Notes: generated by a model not told the origin, from the letters alone. A stretch of 64,000 nt of DNA from Octopus bimaculoides (GCF_001194135.2 NC_068993.1:2278522-2342521); one strand, 5' to 3'; positions 41,331 through 53,980 are shown, numbered from the stretch's first letter. Made by a program: numbers and translations.

Positions 41331-41530
41331 GGCACAAAGGAGGGAGATTTTAGCTTGTCAATATCATCTACCCCAGTGCGCAACTGGTACTTATTTTAAA
41401 TACTCCGAAAGAGGTGAAAGGCAAAAATCGAACTCGTCGGAATTTGAACTCGGAACTTAAAGAGTAGGAAGAAGCGCTACAAAGCATTTCGTCCGGTATG
41501 CTAATGATTTTTGCCATCTCATCTCCTTAC
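41331..41530 (-). mobile_element. SINE family B (tRNA-derived), decayed
   Basis: Reverse complement of the 42814/43858 copies: ccccagtgcgcaactggtacttatttt...gaaaggcaaa...ggaatttgaactcggaac. Confidence 0.85.
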
Positions 41531-42200
41531 CATAATTTTTATTAATGGTATTAGTATTAGTTGCTGATGCTGTAGTTGTAAATGTGGTATGGTGGTGATG
41601 AGGCTGTAAATTTAAGGTTCATTTTGTCATTTGTAATGTGTCTTAAAAATTATTTATAGAAGGAAATTATACCCAGATCATTTTAGTAGCACTTCATAAA
41701 GTTTATAGCAAAGCTACTGTTGTTGTTATGGTTGTTATGATGCTGCTGCCTGCAATAATGTTCATAATGCATTTGTCCTTGGATTAGAAAGACACAATTC
41801 CTTTTTCTGAGACAGGATGCACAATAAGAGTGAGCCAATTGGGATTTTCCTTTACGGTGTTTTGCAAATTATTGCTCATCGTATTCATTCTTCGCTAATT
41901 TCTATTTTCATTGGTTTATAGCCAAACAAGATGTGGAAAAATATGAACAGCTCAGAAAGGAAATAAAACAAGAATGAAAACATAATTCCTGAATGTAAAA
42001 GAAAAGAAATTGCTTCTGTGTGGTGTTCAGTGCTGACGAAGTCCCTAAAATCTCATAGATATAGTGACTTTATAAGGTAAACTCGTTACTTCTGCTGATG
42101 TAGAACAGCTTTCTTCTGCAAACATATGAAGGGGTATTCATTCGGCTTATGTATCTCTGTAACTACGTTAAGCATTGCCCACTGCTCATAAAATATCTTG

Positions 42201-42389
42201 CTAACATGTCACGTATTTATTTCTTGGAATCATTATACTCAGATTTATTTGTTTGCAGTAGGGTGGACTCTGGTACAGTAATCCAAGGGTCAGGTGTTCG
42301 TCTTTATGCAGGATTAGGTCTATTGCTCCCCGCCTCACAATAATGCTAATAGCTCCTGTTGCAAATTTATTATCATAAACTTCATTCAC
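42201..42389 (-). mobile_element. Possible LINE AP-endonuclease fragment
   Basis: GAISIIVRRG...EHLTLGLLYQSPP resembles the GGVAIYVR and +G++YRPP motifs of CR1/L2 endonucleases. Confidence 0.25.
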
Positions 42390-42394
42390 AAGGC

Positions 42395-42475
42395 TTTTGT
42401 TTACCCAAGGCTATGGCAGAAGTCGTTCCTTCAAAGAGTTGCGCAGTGGTTCGAACATGAAACCCGTATTCTCAA
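42395..42475 (-). mobile_element. SINE family A, 5' fragment
   Basis: acccaagg...gcgcagtggttcgaacatgaaaccc resembles the reverse complement of the tcagtcccactgcgtggcaccttgggc segment at 46498. Confidence 0.4.
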
Positions 42476-42813
42476 AAAAAGAAGTCATAAGATTGTTTTA
42501 TTTTCTGTTTTTTTTTCTACTCGTGGAATCGATTTTAGTGTACATTGCTGAGAAATAAAAGAAAATTACTTCAAGCTATAAAGAAAGCAGAAAAATTACT
42601 CTAATGTATTTAATTAAGTGTCAGATGTCATCTGCACGATAAAAGTATATTTAATGTTTTACGCATTAAAAAGCTAAAGTATAATCGAATTTGTGTTGAG
42701 AGAAAAAAAAAAACATTGCATTTAGATGAATATTGTACATGCTTCAGTTTTATTGGAAATCCAAAGAAGTGTAGCCTTGACAATACTTGCTTCAATATTA
42801 GTAAATGAATTGA

Positions 42814-43046
42814 GGCGGCGAGCTGGCAGAAACGTTAGCACTCTGGGCGAAATGTTTAGCGGTATTTCGTCTGTTTCTTATGTTCTGAGTTCAAATTACA
42901 CCGAGGTGGACTTTGCCTTTTATCCTTTCGGGGTCGATAAATTAAGTACCAGCTGCGTACTGGGGATCGATGTAACGACTGGCTCCCACCTCCAAAATTT
43001 TGGACCTTGTGCCTAGAATAGGAAATTCTTTTCTTTTCTAGGCACA
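42814..43046 (+). mobile_element. SINE family B (tRNA-derived), full length, with fold-back tail
   Basis: ggcggcgagctggcagaaacgttagc (A-box-like)...gagttcaaatt (B box)...gactttgccttttatcctttcggggtcgataaattaagtaccag...ccttgtgcctaga. Confidence 0.92.
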
Positions 43047-43857
43047 GAAGAAGACCATCGTGTAGGTTGCGTCATTTTGGAGTTATAACTTACGACAGGT
43101 ATGAAATTAGTACCAGCTTAATTACTAGATACGATTAAATGGAATAATTCTTCGATTACATTTATCCAATATTGCAGCAGTCGTAAAAACTTGTTAAAGA
43201 AGTATATAAGATTACTTAGGAAGCCATCTTCCCCGTAGAACTTGGGCTCATTCTTGGTTGAAGCTGTTACAACACTAAACTTTTTTCTATGTTAGCTGTT
43301 AATTTACAGCAATGCAGTCTAGAAAATGGGGACATATAATTAGGATAGACGTTTAATTATTATTTAAACTGACGAAAATCAGCTGAAGGTCACGGCAGCA
43401 TCAGTTTAATGCGATCCATTATCTGATATATTTACATTTGAATGGCCGATATTAATCAATCGATTAATCAATCAAGTTTAATATTCTCGAAATTTATAAG
43501 ATTTACAGTACTTTTTAAAACAAAATTAGTGTATGAAATTAAATGATGTTACAGATAATGCGAAAACATATTTTTCATTATTTTCTTAATTAAAAATATA
43601 AAATGAATGAAATTACAAAATAGAAGCAAACCAATTGCAGTGCTGTTTTAATATTGATTATACTTTATTTTAACTTAGAATATTGGAGAAGAAAATCAAG
43701 TGTCAACTGTTGTGATATATTTTATATACTTAACCAGGTAATTCTTTTAGAAAACATTGTCGTCACGGAAAACAGCGGATTTGAAAACCTCTGATCCAAT
43801 TGCAAATAGCAGCAAACAAACAACGACCACTAGGTGTATAATTTTCTAGTATTTGAA

Positions 43858-44086
43858 GGCGGCGAGCTGGCAGAAACGTTAGCATGCCGGGCGAAATGCT
43901 TAGCAGTATTTCATCTGCCTATATGTTCTGAGTTCAAATTTCGCCGATGTCGAATTTGCCTTTCATCCTTTCGGGGTCGATAAATTAGGTACCAGTTGCG
44001 TACTGCGGATCGATGTAACTTTCAGACCTTGTACCTAGAATAGGAAAAGGAAATTCTTTTCTGTTCTAGGCACAAGGCCCGAAATT
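43858..44086 (+). mobile_element. SINE family B, full length, with fold-back tail
   Basis: Highly similar to 42814-43046; the flanks are unrelated, so it is an independent insertion. Confidence 0.92.
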
Positions 44087-45816
44087 GTCTAGTATTTAGT
44101 GTAAATTGATGGAGGGTATGTGTGACGATATTTCTTTACTTTCATTAAACGTCGGTGTTCAAAACCAGAAGAGATCGGATTCGATTTCTCAATTTAAACT
44201 ATGATTACATAAACATGCCAAGACAAGTACTGGTAAATCTATAATCAAACACAGTGACGGCGTCGAATGTTAGGCCAAAGTCAAAGTTAGGAATTATTAG
44301 ATTAAGTATTGCAAAATAACGAGATTTCGACACGGCACCAGACACCCTCACCGATCCAAGCGATCCGGGTGATATTAAGTTACAACAGAACCCTTTTCTG
44401 AACACAATTTTGTTATTGGAAAATAACTTATAATCACATTATTTCTTGAATATACCTCACAAATTATCAGTACATATAACATTGGCATACATAGTTATAT
44501 ATGTGTATATATATAAACAATACAAACATACATATTTAGATATATATCTATATATATATACATTGAGTATTCATATATTTCTACCTATGTAAATCTTTGC
44601 TAGAGGCTTAACATTTAATAGCAAATAGGGCAAGAAACCATACAATATGTCAGAAAGAGACAAATGATTTCAATCCTAAGTTTGAGCAGGCCGGATGTTT
44701 ATTAAATGAAATTATAGCAATTGAAAATATTTGTGATATAATTTTGAAAGCAACAACAAGAATGAATCTCTCTCTTTTGTTTCTGTGAAACTTTGACATT
44801 TTAATTTCAATTAATACAAAACAAAAGTGCAAATTAAACAGCTCAAGGCCGAGGGGAAAAATTAGGGAAATTTTAAATGTATACATAAGGAATATTTAGT
44901 TAAAACTTTTATTTCAATTGTTATTTTCTATTAACAGAGAAAATTAGAGATAAAAGATTCCCTTATGGCATATGTAATATATTACAACTAATGTAAAAAT
45001 GCCTATAATATTGCAAAATTTTATTTACTTATATATCCCAAATGACTTTAATAGGATATTTTTAAACAGATCAATTTGAATCATATTCACATATTTAAAA
45101 TGGTTGCATTGTTCATTAGTGAATTTAGCTGCGTAACGAGGTCAAGTTTATATTATGATATCATGATATAGTGCTACACCTGTTGTGGCATATTAATACA
45201 CAATACGCTATGACGCTGTTAAAAGCGGTATTGATTATTTCCCAAATGTTGCATTGTTTTGTTTTTTTTAAATTGAGGATATGTTCTGAAGTGGGACTCT
45301 TTTGATATTGATTTTTCGTCATTTACTGTCATATATTTGATAGATTCTAGAATCTACATTCAAGTAAACCTCTCAGAACTTTCCGTCTGCCATACATTCT
45401 GATGGTAATCGATTCTCTTAATGTATTTCATTTAGATTCATTTAAGAAAGAAAAATGTAAATATCGATACGAAAAACACAACTAAAATAAAATAAGCGTT
45501 CAGGAGGAATTCACTTTTTACACAATCCTTACCATTAGTTATGGGTTTATGAACAAATGCAATGCAATGGTAAATCTGTTGTGCTATGTCAAATGAAATG
45601 TTAGTACTTCTGAACGCAGAAGTTTTAAATTTAAGTTCTTACGAAAATATATTTTCTATCAGGAGATTTCATATTAGAATTTTACATGTGGTGTAGAGGT
45701 TCTATACATTTATATCAACATGTGTATCTACATCTTTCCCTGTCTGTCTATCCGTCCGTCAGTCTACACATGCATACCTGGTAAGGTTTTAGTTATTTTT
45801 GTTCATTTAAGAAATA

Positions 45817-45862
<46 letters not shown>

Positions 45863-46497
45863 GTGTAAATTGTTGACTATTTCACGAACTCGTGTGTACT
45901 CTTAATGTGGAATTAGCATTAAAAATTGTATGGGGTTGTTTAGAGTTACTGGTCCAATCCAACAGACAGTCCTTCATATAGTTATGGACTTTCCAGTTTC
46001 ATTCACAAGCTATGCGCTGACCTGAAGCTAGAAAAAATACTTTTCACCACAGAGTGAGAGTGAAATGCAGATCTCATATTTGCGAATCGAAATATAACAT
46101 AGTGTTTCTCTTATATATGTACATATAAATTGTAAATTGTAATTGTTAATAAAAATGCATGCCAATATATATATATATATATATATANNNNNNNNNNNNN
46201 NNNNNNNNNNNNNNNNNNNNNNNNNNNNNNNNNNNNNNNNNNNNNNNNNNNNNNNNNNNNNNNNNNNNNNNNNNNNNNNNNNNNNNNNNNNNNNNNNNNN
46301 NNNNNNNNNNNNNNNNNNNNNNNNNNNNNNNNNNNNNNNNNNNNNNNNNNNNNNNNNNNNNNNNNNNNNNNNNNNNNNNNNNNNNNNNNNNNNNNNNNNN
46401 NNNNNNNNNNNNNNNNNNNNNNNNNNNNNNNNNNNNNNNNNNNNNNNNNNNNNNNNNNNNNNNNNNNNNNNNNNNNNNNNNNNNNNNNNNNNNNNNN

Positions 46498-46850
46498 TCA
46501 GTCCCACTGCGTGGCACCTTGGGCAAGTGTCTTCTACTATAGCCTCGGGCCGACCAAAGCCTTGTGAGTGGATTTGGTAGACGGAAACTGAAAGAAGCCC
46601 GTCGTATATATGTATATATATATATACGTGTGTGTGTTTGTGTGTCTGTGTTTGTCCTCCTAGCATTGCTTGACAACCGATGCTGGTGTGTTTATGTCCC
46701 CGTCACTTAGCGGTTCGGCAAAAAGAGACCGATAGAATAAGTACTAGGCTTACAAAGAATAAGTCCCGGGGTCGATTTGCTCGACTAAAGGCGGTGCTCC
46801 AGCATGGCCGCAGTCAAATGACTGAAACAAGTAAAAGTGTAAAAGTGTAA
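46498..46850 (+). mobile_element. SINE family A, best-preserved copy (5' end lost in gap), with internal microsatellite
   Basis: tcagtcccactgcgtggcaccttgggcaagtgtcttctactatagcctcgggccgaccaaagccttgtgagtgg...(TA)(TG)...cttgacaaccgatgctgg...gactgaaacaagtaaaagtgtaaaagtgta. Confidence 0.92.
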
Positions 46851-47783
46851 ATACATATCTTTTCATGTAAGTTCCTCCGAACGTTATATGTATTCATTCG
46901 AAGAAAAGAAAATATTTAGTAATATATAAGCTTAATAAACACGATATCTGAAAGGACTTTGAAACTTTTTATTTTATTGTACAAATTCTTAAAAGTAAAT
47001 CTTTCTTTTTGACAGTTTTTAGAATTTCATTCGCTTACAAATACCAGGTTTATAATTCTTATTTTTATATAAGCTATTCTTTTTTTTTCATTCATATCTT
47101 TTGAAAAAAATTAAATATGGGAGAATTATAATATGAGGAAAAATGAAAGGTAGGAAATATGAGAGAAGACAAAAGCGAAAAAGAAGAATAGAAAGAAACG
47201 ACTTAATTGAGAGAGAAAAAAACCCTACAACTTGTAAGAATATAGCAGCGTTATCATGAAACGTACGAGAAATACATAACGGTGTATGATTTCTGCATTT
47301 ATTTAGAAATAATAATCCGAAAAAAAAAAGAAAAATTCTTTTGCGTATAGCTGGATGTAAGGTGGTGATGATACAGGTTCTTGCTTGAGTAGTGAATTCA
47401 TGCTAGAAAATACACAAATTAATATACTTAAGAAGCAGAATTCTATGCTTAATTGCATGTAATATGTGCTGCAATCTTGAATGAAAAACCGTCAATTGAC
47501 TGATCATATTTGATTGAAATTCTTCTGTTTTCATGATTAATGCGTTAAACATTTTCTAGAGAAAGATACCGAAAGAAAATATACGTAGATGCTCGGTCTG
47601 CTAGCTATAGCAACCACTACAGATTGTATAATATAGTCTACAATGTAATATGTTCAATAATAATAATAAAAAAAAAGATGGAATGGCCATGACGAATATG
47701 TCCTTAGTAATTAATTTGTTTCATCCTGGCTAGTTTCCCAAATCAATTAATGTCATTAGATTTGAAATTACGACTTACAAATA

Positions 47784-47851
47784 TTTATATTTTAAGCTTT
47801 AACCGCTGAATTCTGGATTTATATTTTAAGCTTTGACAGCTGAATTCTGTA
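47784..47851. repeat. 34-bp tandem duplication
   Basis: tttatattttaagctttaaccgctgaattctgga / tttatattttaagctttgacagctgaattctgta. Confidence 0.9.
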
Positions 47852-48224
47852 AATAATGTAAAAATTATCGCTACGCGTATCCTGCAGTATATTCAGAAAA
47901 TGTTCATATGTTTTTGTACTGAATATGTATTTTTAATTCTCAATTTCATTTTATATTTCCCCTTTCAACTCAATACTAAAACGAGCAGCTAGAAGAAACA
48001 GCCAAAACCCACAATAGTCTAAACCTATCTGATCAAAATTGTAGATTAGGTAGAGCTGGGACACTCATGCCTCACCTACCTGTGAACATTTAACACTTTG
48101 CGTAGTCTATAAGTAAATAATTTTTTGTCTTCAAAACTCTTTAAAATCACACCCAACCAAATATATTTTGTTCTCGATACACTATTTCAGAAAAGATGGC
48201 GTGGGGGGATTAACATAAGTTTCA

Positions 48225-48268
48225 GATGACCCAATATATACATATGTATATGTATGTATTGGGTCATC
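48225..48268. repeat. Fold-back: 20-bp stem (19/20) with 4-nt loop; possibly two Tc1/mariner-like ends back to back
   Basis: gatgacccaatatatacata-tgta-tatgtatgtattgggtcatc. TA-ttgggtcatcccataaataa resembles a mariner-type terminus (recognition only). Confidence 0.7.
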
Positions 48269-49951
48269 CCATAAATAACGTGTTTTTTTAATACTTCTTT
48301 TATTTTGCAAAATTAAGATAAAAGTTCTTTTTATTATCTAAAATATGGTTAGAATATCTGAAATTCATACTGACAGACAGGTAGAATAAAAGACCCCGGG
48401 TCCCACTTGAGAGTGAAAAGCATCTAACATGTGAGTTGTTTCACACCTAAGTTGTCTCGCTTCTCTATGACTATGGCTTTCAGGTGTTTTCACATATGTC
48501 TAGGAAGAAATTTTCTCTCAGACAAAAGTTCGGAGTGTCATTCCTTTCAGTGATATCATACGTTAAGCATAATACGTAGTTGTCTATTTTTTATTCGTCC
48601 CTTCATAGATCTTCTCTTGTCACAACTGCACAATATCGAAATTATAATTCTACGTTGTTAATGTTATTGTAAATTTGTTGCATTTGAAGATGAAGTGTGA
48701 TTTTGTACGAATAAAGATACTCAATGTGCAATCTAGTTTATGCAATGAAGTTCGGCGTATCTCGATACATAGATTTTATGCATTTAAATCTCGTTTTTAT
48801 CTCTATTAAATCAACTGTTTTACGTTTATATGTGCAGTGTATATATTTGCATGAATACTTTGTAAGTCTCTATATAACTAATTTATTTCTTTACGAAACA
48901 CCTATTATATTTAATTTAGAAGAGAGAAAGATGGAGCCAGTCAGTAATCAGTTTTATTTATCTATTTATCAGCATTTCATTCAACCTTTTAACCCCGTTG
49001 CTGTACTTGAAACACCCCAAATTTCTCAATTGTATTCTTTCTTTTGTTAATCTTTTCATTAAGCTTGTATTTTGTTTTTTAGATCTTATCAAATGTCAAA
49101 TGGCATGGAATTATGACCTTTCCTGAATTTAACTCGAAACTAATGTGAATAAAAAATCGTTTTGTTTAGAAATTGAGTTCATGAAGGATAACTTTTGACT
49201 TTGCTTCTAGTTCTCAAGAGTCTTAATGCAAATTCTTTTATTCGTGTTTCAAATACTTACTCGTATCTCTATCATCATGCACTTTTTTTATTGCATTTTT
49301 GATGAGATCATTATCTGATTTCACTTCTCTTTTTAAAGAACATTTATTGAATTTCTTAGTATTGTTTAAATATTCGTTTGCAGTTAATCCATACGAAGTG
49401 ATGAAATTCAAGTGGGTTTGAAGTTTACATGTGTTACGATATTAATCATAAAGCCATAGGTCACAGCCAAATGTAATTTCAAATACAATTATTTTACAAC
49501 ACATACATAAAAAGATTCAGTACGGTTAATTGCATTTTAATGCGCAAAACATTAACAGCCGCCTCATTAACTAAAGACTTTCTTATTGCAATTTGATTCC
49601 ATGATACAATTTTGCCATGTTGTACGAATGCATTTGATTAAGTTTATCTGCAAGTTCCACTCTTTTTTCAGACACTATAATATTATTCTGTTACGGTTTA
49701 TGTTTGTAACACTTAACTATGGAAGGATAACGAAGACATAATCTGTTGTACATACATGTATTCGTACGACACTTGATTGATGATTTATGGAACATCGAAA
49801 ACATAATGCATTACAAACACGACATATATATTATTCTTAAAACAATTCACTGGGAAATAAATGTTTGAAAGTATAGACTACGTCTGCGTGTGTATGTGTG
49901 TGCGCGTGTACATGCGTATGTGTTTTATGTTTGTGTATATTATTACCACAC

Positions 49952-50002
49952 AGCAAGCTTCTTACCACACAGCAAGATTGGCTGTGTGGTAAGAAGCTTG
50001 CT
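49952..50002. repeat. Perfect 22-bp hairpin built from a SINE A head
   Basis: agcaagcttcttaccacacagc-aagattg-gctgtgtggtaagaagcttgct. The right arm plus ttccaatcacatg is the family A 5' end. Confidence 0.95.
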
Positions 50003-50015
50003 TTCCAATCACATG

Positions 50016-50058
<43 letters not shown>

Positions 50059-52473
50059 ATATACACATTAGGATTAGCTCTGTGAGGTGTGGGTAGATCT
50101 CTGAGAAATACAACATTATCTGCACATTATCTACACAGTTCGTACTATGCCGTATCATTACGACAAAAATCAACACAGTTTTGAAAACTAAAACATCACA
50201 TGTCTTTTGTCAGTTAGAAACATCAGCTAAATTTCCCTCAAATCCCATTTTACCATCTTAACAAGTCAATGCACATTACATAATCTCTGATTGAAACCAT
50301 TACAGCCGTTACTAGCAATAGAGACGTATTTAGGAATCTATCATTCCTGTCCTTCCACTTTGGACTCAGAAGTGAAGAATGTTTTTTCCAAAATGTCGAG
50401 CGACGGCGACCATTTTTCTAAACTATTGATATTTTGCTAATGTTAGAAATCAATATCTGTTAATAGATCTCGCTGTTTCTTATGTGTTTTAGGTTTTCGT
50501 TTTTTCTTCAATTTTAGCAGAGCGCATTTTATTTTGGAGACTGACATCATCTTTTGTAACACATCAGTAACCCGAAAATATCATACACACACATACTCAC
50601 ACTGACAGAGACGCACACACACAGACCGACAGAGAGAGACACACACACAGACCGACAGAGAGACACACACACACATGTGTACATATACATCTACATATAT
50701 TATGGAATAGTTTTTAAAAATAGTTTATCTTAACCATGGAGACCTGGAGATGAATTAGAAAGTTCAATTTCTTTTATTTGTTAACAGGAAACAACAATAT
50801 TACCATTAACAATTTCTAGAACGAGAAAAATGATGTTACTAACTGCAAGAACTCTCATAAAGTAGGTAAAAAGAAAAGTTTCGGTATTCTCCTGTCAGTT
50901 TTATATTAGTTTCAGTTTTAGAAATGTTTTTAACATAAACTGCACTTGATATTTTACTTATTGAAATCGGGACTAATGGTATGTGACTATGTTAATTTTC
51001 TTGGTGATTATTGAAAGAAAAATGAGATAGAATAAGAAAGATATTGGCTGTATCAAACAAATAAACAACGAGAGAATCCTCACACCAAAGAGGAAAAGAT
51101 TAAACTATATTCTTAGTAATAGCTAAAATGGACATAAAATAGAAATAAACTTACTGCATTGATGTACAAGTTTTACTTTTTCGAAAAATAGTTTTATTGC
51201 AAAACGCTGAAAGTTACCAAAGTAGGCTATGATGGAAAATAAAAGTAATTTATTATTTTTTCTTTCATATATTTCTGACACAGAAAATGTTATTCTACAA
51301 CAATATTTTTCTATACACTTTTATTGCAAGTGAAATCTTTTTATTTTCTCTCGTCAATTGTATTTGTATAAAAAATATTTTAAAAAGCTCACATATTTCC
51401 GTTTTTTCTAGATTGAGGCAATCAGCAATGTACCTTGCCTTTACGTACACCACTCTACCTGTAACTGTGGTTTTAGCCAGTGACTATAGTTGAAAGACTC
51501 ATCGACCTTATTAACAAACGGGAACACCTTCTTTGATAAAGTTACACTTGTAGCTTCCAAATGAGATCATACCTCTCCCTTGAGGGAAGGTTAAAAACCA
51601 TGAAAGTGGTGATGAGACCTTATAAAAAAAGCAGGAGGGATGCTCTAAAATTGTATCAACGTTGTGGAACAATGTTCTGCACCATCCTCTACAGAATTCT
51701 TCATAATTAATGATTATTTAAGTTATGTTTAATCTCTCTTTATCAAACCTGTTCTACTTTGTTGCAAACATTAGCTTAGAAGGTTATACTTAAGTTTTGG
51801 TGCTTTAAACTTTTGAGCATTTTTTACCATCTCCGTCTAGATGTTACTTCACCGCCGTTAAATTTTCATAAATGTCTTTTACATGTTTTTAAGCCTTGGG
51901 AATATTTGTAAAAATGAGTTGTTGCACTAATCTCGCAGACACTGTAGATTGTTTACTTTATCTCATAGTGTTCCTGAATCTTTTTAGTTCATGCATCATC
52001 CGTAAGTGAATTGCCAAAAGGATGCCAAGGAAACAGAAGTCGTTAAAGTACATGACTTGTTGACAAATCCTTTTCAACAATCTAATTTTCAGATTGTTAT
52101 CAATTTCTACGACTTGCTTGCGACTAGAGTGGCATGCTCAAACATTAATTATTGTAGCTAAAAGGGTTAAAGCTGTAACATTTCAGAACCCACTCTACAA
52201 TTCCATTCTTATTACTAAATGTTACCGCATGACTTTAAATACACATTCCCTTCACTGATATTAGAATATAATACCTCAATAGTTTCACTAATAACCACTG
52301 TATCATCACAAGTAAAGTGCTATCGGATACAGACGAGAAGTATTTATTTTCATCAATGACAAACCAGAAGTTGGTCATCGGCCAGTTTGCCTCTTTTAAA
52401 AATTCCAGAGAGCTCTAAAATGCTGATTTTTCACCTCTTCTTTAAATATTGGATCTCAATGTCAGTTTCAAAT

Positions 52474-52665
52474 CTTGGCACAAACCTAGCAATTTTGGAG
52501 GAGGGGTAACCCGCTTAGATCTACTCCAGTATTTAACTGGTGCCTATTTTATCGATCCCGAAAAGATGAAAGGCCGCGTTTGAACTCATAAGATCAAAGC
52601 AAACGAAATGCCACTGAGCATTTTGCCCGCCATGCTAACAGTTCTGCCAGATCGTTGCAGGCTTA
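52474..52665 (-). mobile_element. SINE family B, decayed
   Basis: ggcacaaacctagcaattttgg...actggtgcctattttatcgatcccgaaaagatgaaagg...gcattttgcccgccatgctaacagttctgccag. Confidence 0.85.
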
Positions 52666-53894
52666 CCCAACAATATTGGACGAAAGGTCCTATGCAACTG
52701 GGGGATTAAATTACACAATATCTTCCGTTTACTTTCTCCTTCATTATATCTAATAACTATTTGGTTTACCTGACCGATGTTTAAAAAGTATCAGTTTGAT
52801 GAAATTATTTGCGAAATTGTTCCTAAGATACAAAATTCATATCTTCAAATTATATCTTATATACAAAATTTTCTACAATGTAATCAGTGATAGATGCGTT
52901 CAATTGTTAATTGACAAGAATATTGAATTACATACAGTATATGAACGAATTTGATCAGAATGTTATTTGTATATGAGTAAAACAATTGATGGAAAGGGAG
53001 ATGGGAAGAGAGGGGTGACACAGAAGGAGAGAAAAGGTCGAAAAAAACGGATATAGTTTTAGGTATCTAAATGAAGCAGGTTTTTGGAATTCGTTACAAA
53101 GTGTTGTGGGGTGGGGTTGTTTTATATTACTGTTTTGTACTCCCCGTTCTATGATAATTTATTCGTTCATCTTCACCAAGTTCTTTTCGCATAACAAGGT
53201 TAGTGAAATGTGGCGAATCAGATGAAAATGCATACCTTATGGCCTCTGAAACACGCAATATTTTAGCCAAGAAGCTGCAAAACAAGCCAGTCAGTTACAC
53301 TGTTTCGTTAGTTAGATGATAAAAAATAAATATACCAAACAAAAACAAGGACGAACGTTGCCAGCAAAAACGGTAAAAAGAAAATAGTTCTTTTACAATG
53401 ACGTAACTTCGTTAAAGAAGCAAGAAATAATATGAAGAAAATGGGTATTTTGCGAATAATTTCAGAAAAGATTTAAATAAAAATAAATATACAACTATAA
53501 ACATAGTAGAATAGTTAACTATAATTTCGAATGAAAGAAATAAAACTAACTCAAGATGCTACAATGCTGGTTACCACTGCCACTAATCTCCTCATATTAC
53601 GCTTCATTGCATAGTTTGGTTTATTGTCATTGGCATGCCAAATCCACTTGTGACCAATTCAAACTTCACTTGTCAAACTTCCTTCCGAAGAAAGTCTTTC
53701 ATTGAAAATTACATAACAAGTGGCTGTTGAGAAATTGAGACAAAAGAGACATATTAAGAGGAAAAAGAAATAAAGAAAAAGGGAAAATGGAAAGAGAAAG
53801 AAAGAGCAGGTTAGAGATGAGAGAGGGGGAGGGGCCAGAAGAAACACAGATCGAATAGGAAAGAGAAAACCAGAAAGTTAGAAAACAAAGTGAG

Positions 53895-53897
53895 AGG

Positions 53898-53977
<80 letters not shown>

Positions 53978-53980
53978 AAG
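53895..53980. repeat. (GA)n microsatellite (another at 56250-56335)
   Basis: Seen directly. Confidence 0.97.

Noticed and set aside
49303-49325. tgagatcatt, matching the bantam miRNA 5' end
   Set aside because: Similarity stops after about 10 nt and no flanking hairpin is visible.
53199-53318. Protein-like frame LVKCGESDENAYLMASETRNILAKKLQNKPVSY after a possible acceptor
   Set aside because: Modest acceptor, no good donor, unrecognised peptide.
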